Source of the DNA: Malacoraja senta
Taxonomy: Eukaryota
DNA: 64,000 nt
Direction of reading: 5' to 3'
NCBI GenBank assembly: GCA_038087875.1
Contig: CM075981.1
Span: 1,240,001-1,304,000, forward strand
A model generated the notes under the pieces. The model did not search any database, was not told where the DNA came from, and was given only the letters and a program-made list of their open reading frames with translations. Both the position numbers and the translations under genes were made by a program. How positions within the stretch are numbered: position 1 is the first letter of the stretch; every line of letters begins with the position of its first letter. This document shows positions 60,201 through 64,000 of the stretch, piece after piece.

Positions 60201-63200
60201 ACACCCTGATATCCATGCACGATATTTAATTAATTTATCAAGATTAAAATGATGGAATTATGGCCCATTTGTCAATACTTGGTTGCTGGGCTCCAGAAAT
60301 AGATTTCCCAGTGCTGGTGTAGGTCAGCTTCCCGGCTAGAACTTCTTATGTTTACAAAGCTTTAAACTAGGTTCGTAGTGACATCAGTCCAAGCACTTTC
60401 ACTTTCCATCATCTCCACGTGACCGACACTCAAATATGGGAAGGGAACAGAAATTATCGGTAAATGTGGCCACAGTTAACTCCTAGAGGACTTTATCAGC
60501 TTTGGTCCACTGTGTTAATGTTAAGCTTTCAGTACCATCGATACTAATCCATTTTACCAGCCCTTCATCCACGGTCTTCTCAGAGTTGACAATTCAAGTG
60601 TCTCCACTATCTAAGTTTAAAAATACTTGTTGCTCAGATACCCTCCAAATATTCTACTCCTTAACCCAACCCTGTGTTCTCCACTTCTTCGCACATCTGC
60701 TGTACTGATTTCCCACGAAGTACCCTGTCTCCTTTATCTTACTGTCTTTATCTTTGTTACTTTATTGTCATAGTAATGGTGCATACAACGAAATTCAGGC
60801 GCACAGCAGAAATGTACAAGATAAAAATAACCATAAAATTGCATCAAAAAAGTGAGAATAATAAAAATACACATACACACAGATTCGCATACGCATACAC
60901 ATTATGCCTACGTATGCACCCGTACCAGAATATCCATTGTGCATCGAACCGATGTTTGGTAGTTCATGTTGGTTGTTTAAAAATTTAGGTCAAAGATACA
61001 GTGCGGAAACAGGGTCTACGCCGACCGGCGATCCTCGCACATTTAACACTATCCTGCACCCACTAGCGCAATTTTTCTACATTTACCATGCCAATTAACC
61101 TATAAAATGTCGTGGGTTGGTTCAGAAGATCACAAGTGATAGAAGCAGAAATGGACCCATTCAATCATGGCTGATCTATCTTCCCTTCTTCACCTCATTC
61201 TGCTGCCTTCTCCCCATAACCCCCGACACACTGAATTCCATGCACGTTATTTAAGTAACTTGTCAAGATTAAAATGATGGAATTATGGCCCATTTGTCCA
61301 TACTTGGTTGCTGTGCTCCAGAAATAGATTTCCCGGTGCTGGTGTAGGCCAGCCACCTGGCAAGATCTACCTCTTATGTTTACACAGCTTTATACTAGGT
61401 TTCCAGTGACATCAGTCCAAGCACATTCACTTTCCCACCACCATCTCCACATGATCCACACACAGATATGTCAAGGGATCAGACATTATCAGTAAATGTG
61501 GCCACAGTTAACTCCTTGAGGACGTTATCAGATTTGGTCCACTGTGTTAATGGTGACCATTCAGTAGTATCGATTCTAATCCCATTTACCAGCACCTCGT
61601 CCATTGTGGAAATTCAGGTACCTTCACCTTCTAGGATTATAATTATTTCTTGATACCCTTGAAATATCCTGCTCCTTTACGTAACCGTATGTTCTCCATT
61701 TTTACACATATCTGTCGTGCACAATTTTCCAAAAATACCCTATCTATGATGCTCACAGTTTTGCACACCTGTAATAGGTTCCCCCTTCCTCACCTATCAT
61801 GCATGGAATTTTATAAAAAACATAACCAGCCCCTCCGCATCATTGTAAAGTTTCATACCAAGCAACACTCCACTCAAGTGAAATTGCACCGTTTAGATTT
61901 GTTTATGGACACAGGCTCTTCGGCCCACTGAGTACACACCGTTCAGTATGCACCAGTACATTAGTTCCCTGGAGACAATTTACATAATCCAATTACCCTG
62001 CAAACCTGCATAATTTACATAATCCAATTACCCTGCAAACCTGCACGACCTTGGAATGCGGGGGGGGGGGGACTGGAGCACTTGGAGAAAACCCACGCGG
62101 TCACAGGGAGGAGGTACAAATTCCGTAGTCAGGATCGAACCCGTGCCCCTGTCGATGTAAGGCAGCAACTCTACTGCTGCGCCACTGTGCCGTCTACACC
62201 TGGCGCCAGAGTTGTTACCAGCACTCCTGCTTGCTATCTGGACTACACTTCTTCCCACCCTGCTTCCTGTAAGGACTCCATCCCCTACTCTCAATTCCTC
62301 CGTCGACGCCGCATCTGCACCCAGGATGAGGTGTTCCATACCAGGGCATCGGAGATGTCCTCGTTCTGCAGGGCATCGGAGATGTCCTCGTTCCCCTCTT
62401 CTACCATAGATAAGGCTCGCACCAGGGTCTCTTATATACCCCGTGACTCAGCTTTATCTCCCTATCCGCCCACTCGTAACAAGGGCAGAGTCCCCCTTGT
62501 CCTCAACTTCCAACCTACCAGCCGTCACGTACAACAAAGAATACTCGGTCATTTTCGACACCTCCAACGTGACCCCACCACTTGCCCTTGCAACCACAAG
62601 AAATGCTACACTTGTCGCTTTACCTCCCCCTTAACTCAATTCAAGAATCCAAGCAGTCTTTCCAGGTGCGGCACAGGTTCACCTGCACCTCCTCCAACCT
62701 CATCTGTTGCATCCGCGGCTCTAGATGTCAGCTGCTCTACATCGGTGAGACCAAGCGTAGGGTTCGCGATCGCTTCGCCGAGCACCTCCGCTCGGTTCGC
62801 AATATCCAACCTGAACTCCCGGGGGCTCAGCACTTGAACTCCCCCTCCCATTCCAAATCCCAACGTTCTGTCCTCGGCCTCCTCCATGGCCAGGGTGTTG
62901 GCCACCGTAAATTGGAGGAGCAGCACCTCATATTTCGCTTGGGCAGTTTTCACCCCAGCTGTATGAAAATTGACTTCTCTAATTTCAGGTAGTCCTTATT
63001 GTCTCCTCCACTTCTCAGCTCTCCCTCAGCCCTCTGGCTCCACCTCTTCCTTTATTCTTCCCCCCCCCCCCCCACCATCCTCACATCGGCCCGAAGTTGC
63101 CTACTGCCTGCGCTCCATAGATGCTGCCTCACCCGCTGAGTTTCTCCAGCGTTTTTGTCTACCCCCTGCTTGTAATGATAACATCTCCCATTTGCTACAA

Positions 63201-63374
63201 ATCACACTGAAGAATCATTACCCTGTCTGTTTAGCCAATTAACTCCTTACATCGGACAACCATACTCCCTTGTTCAACTGGAAGTGAAAGCAGTGAATCT
63301 GACTTTTATTTCCTTGTTCCAACAGGTCTTGAATATTCTTGTGAAAATTCGATAACATCCAATTACACTGCAAG
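51169..63374 (+). CDS. Gene 4 (3' part beyond window): L-pseudoV-V-C2-V-C2-stalk
   Basis: Exons 51169..51217, 52267..52577 (defective), 54041..54355, 56522..56842, 58128..58439, 59737..60057 (donor lost), 63326..63374. No second leader exon seen between 56.8 and 58.1 kb. Confidence 0.65.
52267..52577 (+). pseudogene. Gene 4 defective V pseudo-exon
   Basis: 311 nt (4-nt deletion in ACTGTG[ACTG]TGGAG gives a frameshift). First canonical Cys is Gly (DGPY); second is Tyr (WYNYG in the corrected frame). Splice sites are retained. Confidence 0.88.
54041..54355 (+). CDS. Gene 4 V exon b
   Basis: 315 nt, intact, GTAGGT donor; extra Cys in the G strand (HPMCNV). Confidence 0.9.
56522..56842 (+). CDS. 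Gene 4 C2 exon a (divergent subtype)
   Basis: cccacag acceptor, GTGAGT donor, 321 nt; VSCEAVSGSLPIHYTWF..FYCTASN..TCSYVTEITNT. Confidence 0.9.
58128..58439 (+). CDS. Gene 4 V exon c
   Basis: 312 nt, intact, NCHY..KYWC..QC..DTGWYSCG, GTAGGT donor. Confidence 0.9.
59218..59286. repeat. 23-bp tandem repeat x3 (GGAATAGATCGTGTAAATGCACA) in a CR1 remnant
   Basis: Direct reading. Confidence 0.9.
59737..60057 (+). CDS. Gene 4 C2 exon b with mutated donor
   Basis: 321 nt open frame followed by ATAAGT instead of GTAAGT; read-through ends ..GTDK* at 60065. Confidence 0.85.
62185..63165 (+). mobile_element. Penelope-like element, longest fragment (post-RT region + GIY-YIG)
   Basis: YLDYTSSHPASCKDSIPYSQFLRRRRIC; LYIGETKRRVRDRFAEHLRSVRN..KLEEQHLIFRLG. 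Confidence 0.85.
63326..63374 (+). CDS. Gene 4 short stalk exon (GLEYSCENSITSNYTAR)
   Basis: Homolog of 28329..28377 with the same acceptor and GTAAAC donor. Confidence 0.8.
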
Positions 63375-64000
63375 GTAAACCACTATTTTTGCAATGAAGT
63401 TACAACGTACTAATTGCTGGTGTTTTCATTGGAAATGCTTTATTTGCGAGAAAGTTGTGCCTTCCTTTCACTGGCATTAAATGCCGTGAGAGTATTGATC
63501 TGCATGCACAGTGGCACAGTCCGTAGAGCCGCAGCCTCACAACGCCACGACATAGGTTCATTAGGTGCTGTCTCTGTGTGGTCTGCATGTTTTGCCTTTA
63601 ATTGTGTTGGTTTCATTTAAGTGCTCCAGTTTCCTCCCAGCTCCCAAAGATGTGCCAGTTGTAAATTGCCCGGTGTGTACAGGACAGCGGTTGAATCTGT
63701 GGAAAGGGGGTGGGGCGGGGGAAGGAGGGTGTTTGACGGTGGTGGTAGTTGATGAGAAAGTGGGGAAAATAAAAAAGGGATTTACACAGGATCCGTGTGA
63801 ATGTAGTTGACTGTCGGCACAGACCTGCAGGGCCAAATGGCCTGTTTCTATACTGTGTTTCTCTATGGATCTTTGATCCAATTAAAGCAAACATTGAAGC
63901 ATAATCAAATTTTGTACGTTCCGCCATCATCACATTGAATGGCGTTGCTGGCTAAAAGGGCCAAATGGCCTACCCCTGCGCCTATTGCTTATTGTGTATT

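Larger units (their letters stand above)
20118..64000 (+). repeat. Tandem segmental duplication, units of about 15 kb (20.1-35.75, 35.75-50.55, 50.55->64 kb)
   Basis: GGAAGTGT..ACGTTTCTACTCTTCTA at about 20120, 35760 and 50555. Colinear intron, exon and TE homology: 31.0-35.7 kb matches 45.67-50.55 kb; 28.2-29.0 kb matches 63.2-64.0 kb. Confidence 0.93.

Overview
Eukaryotic genomic DNA, not prokaryotic. The repeat content (tRNA-derived SINEs, CR1 LINEs, Penelope-like elements) and the gene family point to a cartilaginous fish, probably a skate or ray; this is inference and the species cannot be determined. The window holds a + strand tandem cluster of four immunoglobulin-superfamily receptor genes. 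They are built from CD300/pIgR/TREM-like V domains and C2-type domains, and most resemble the skate 'modular domain immune-type receptor' (MDIR) family. Gene 1 (1880-15255) assembles by hand into an intact 7-exon, 333-aa protein: leader-V-C2-S/T stalk-uncharged TM-short tail with no ITIM. Genes 2-4 lie in ~15-kb tandem duplication units starting near 20.1, 35.75 and 50.55 kb. Their ectodomains differ: V-C2; V-V-C2; pseudoV-V-C2-V-C2. Genes 2 and 3 carry a different, Lys/Arg-containing TM exon (YxSWKVGRWLFFLLL) and a very short tail, suggesting activating receptors; the gene 4 TM lies beyond the window. Each duplicate has its own lesion: splice-site loss, stalk-exon deletion at inverted SINEs, or a frameshifted V exon. 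These would give V-only, secreted or pseudogene products. Introns are full of CR1, L1-like, L2, Penelope-like (with hammerhead-ribozyme motifs) and SINE fragments, plus a clear non-autonomous Helitron and a probable solo LTR. All exon models come from manual reading of splice signals and phases and need RNA evidence.
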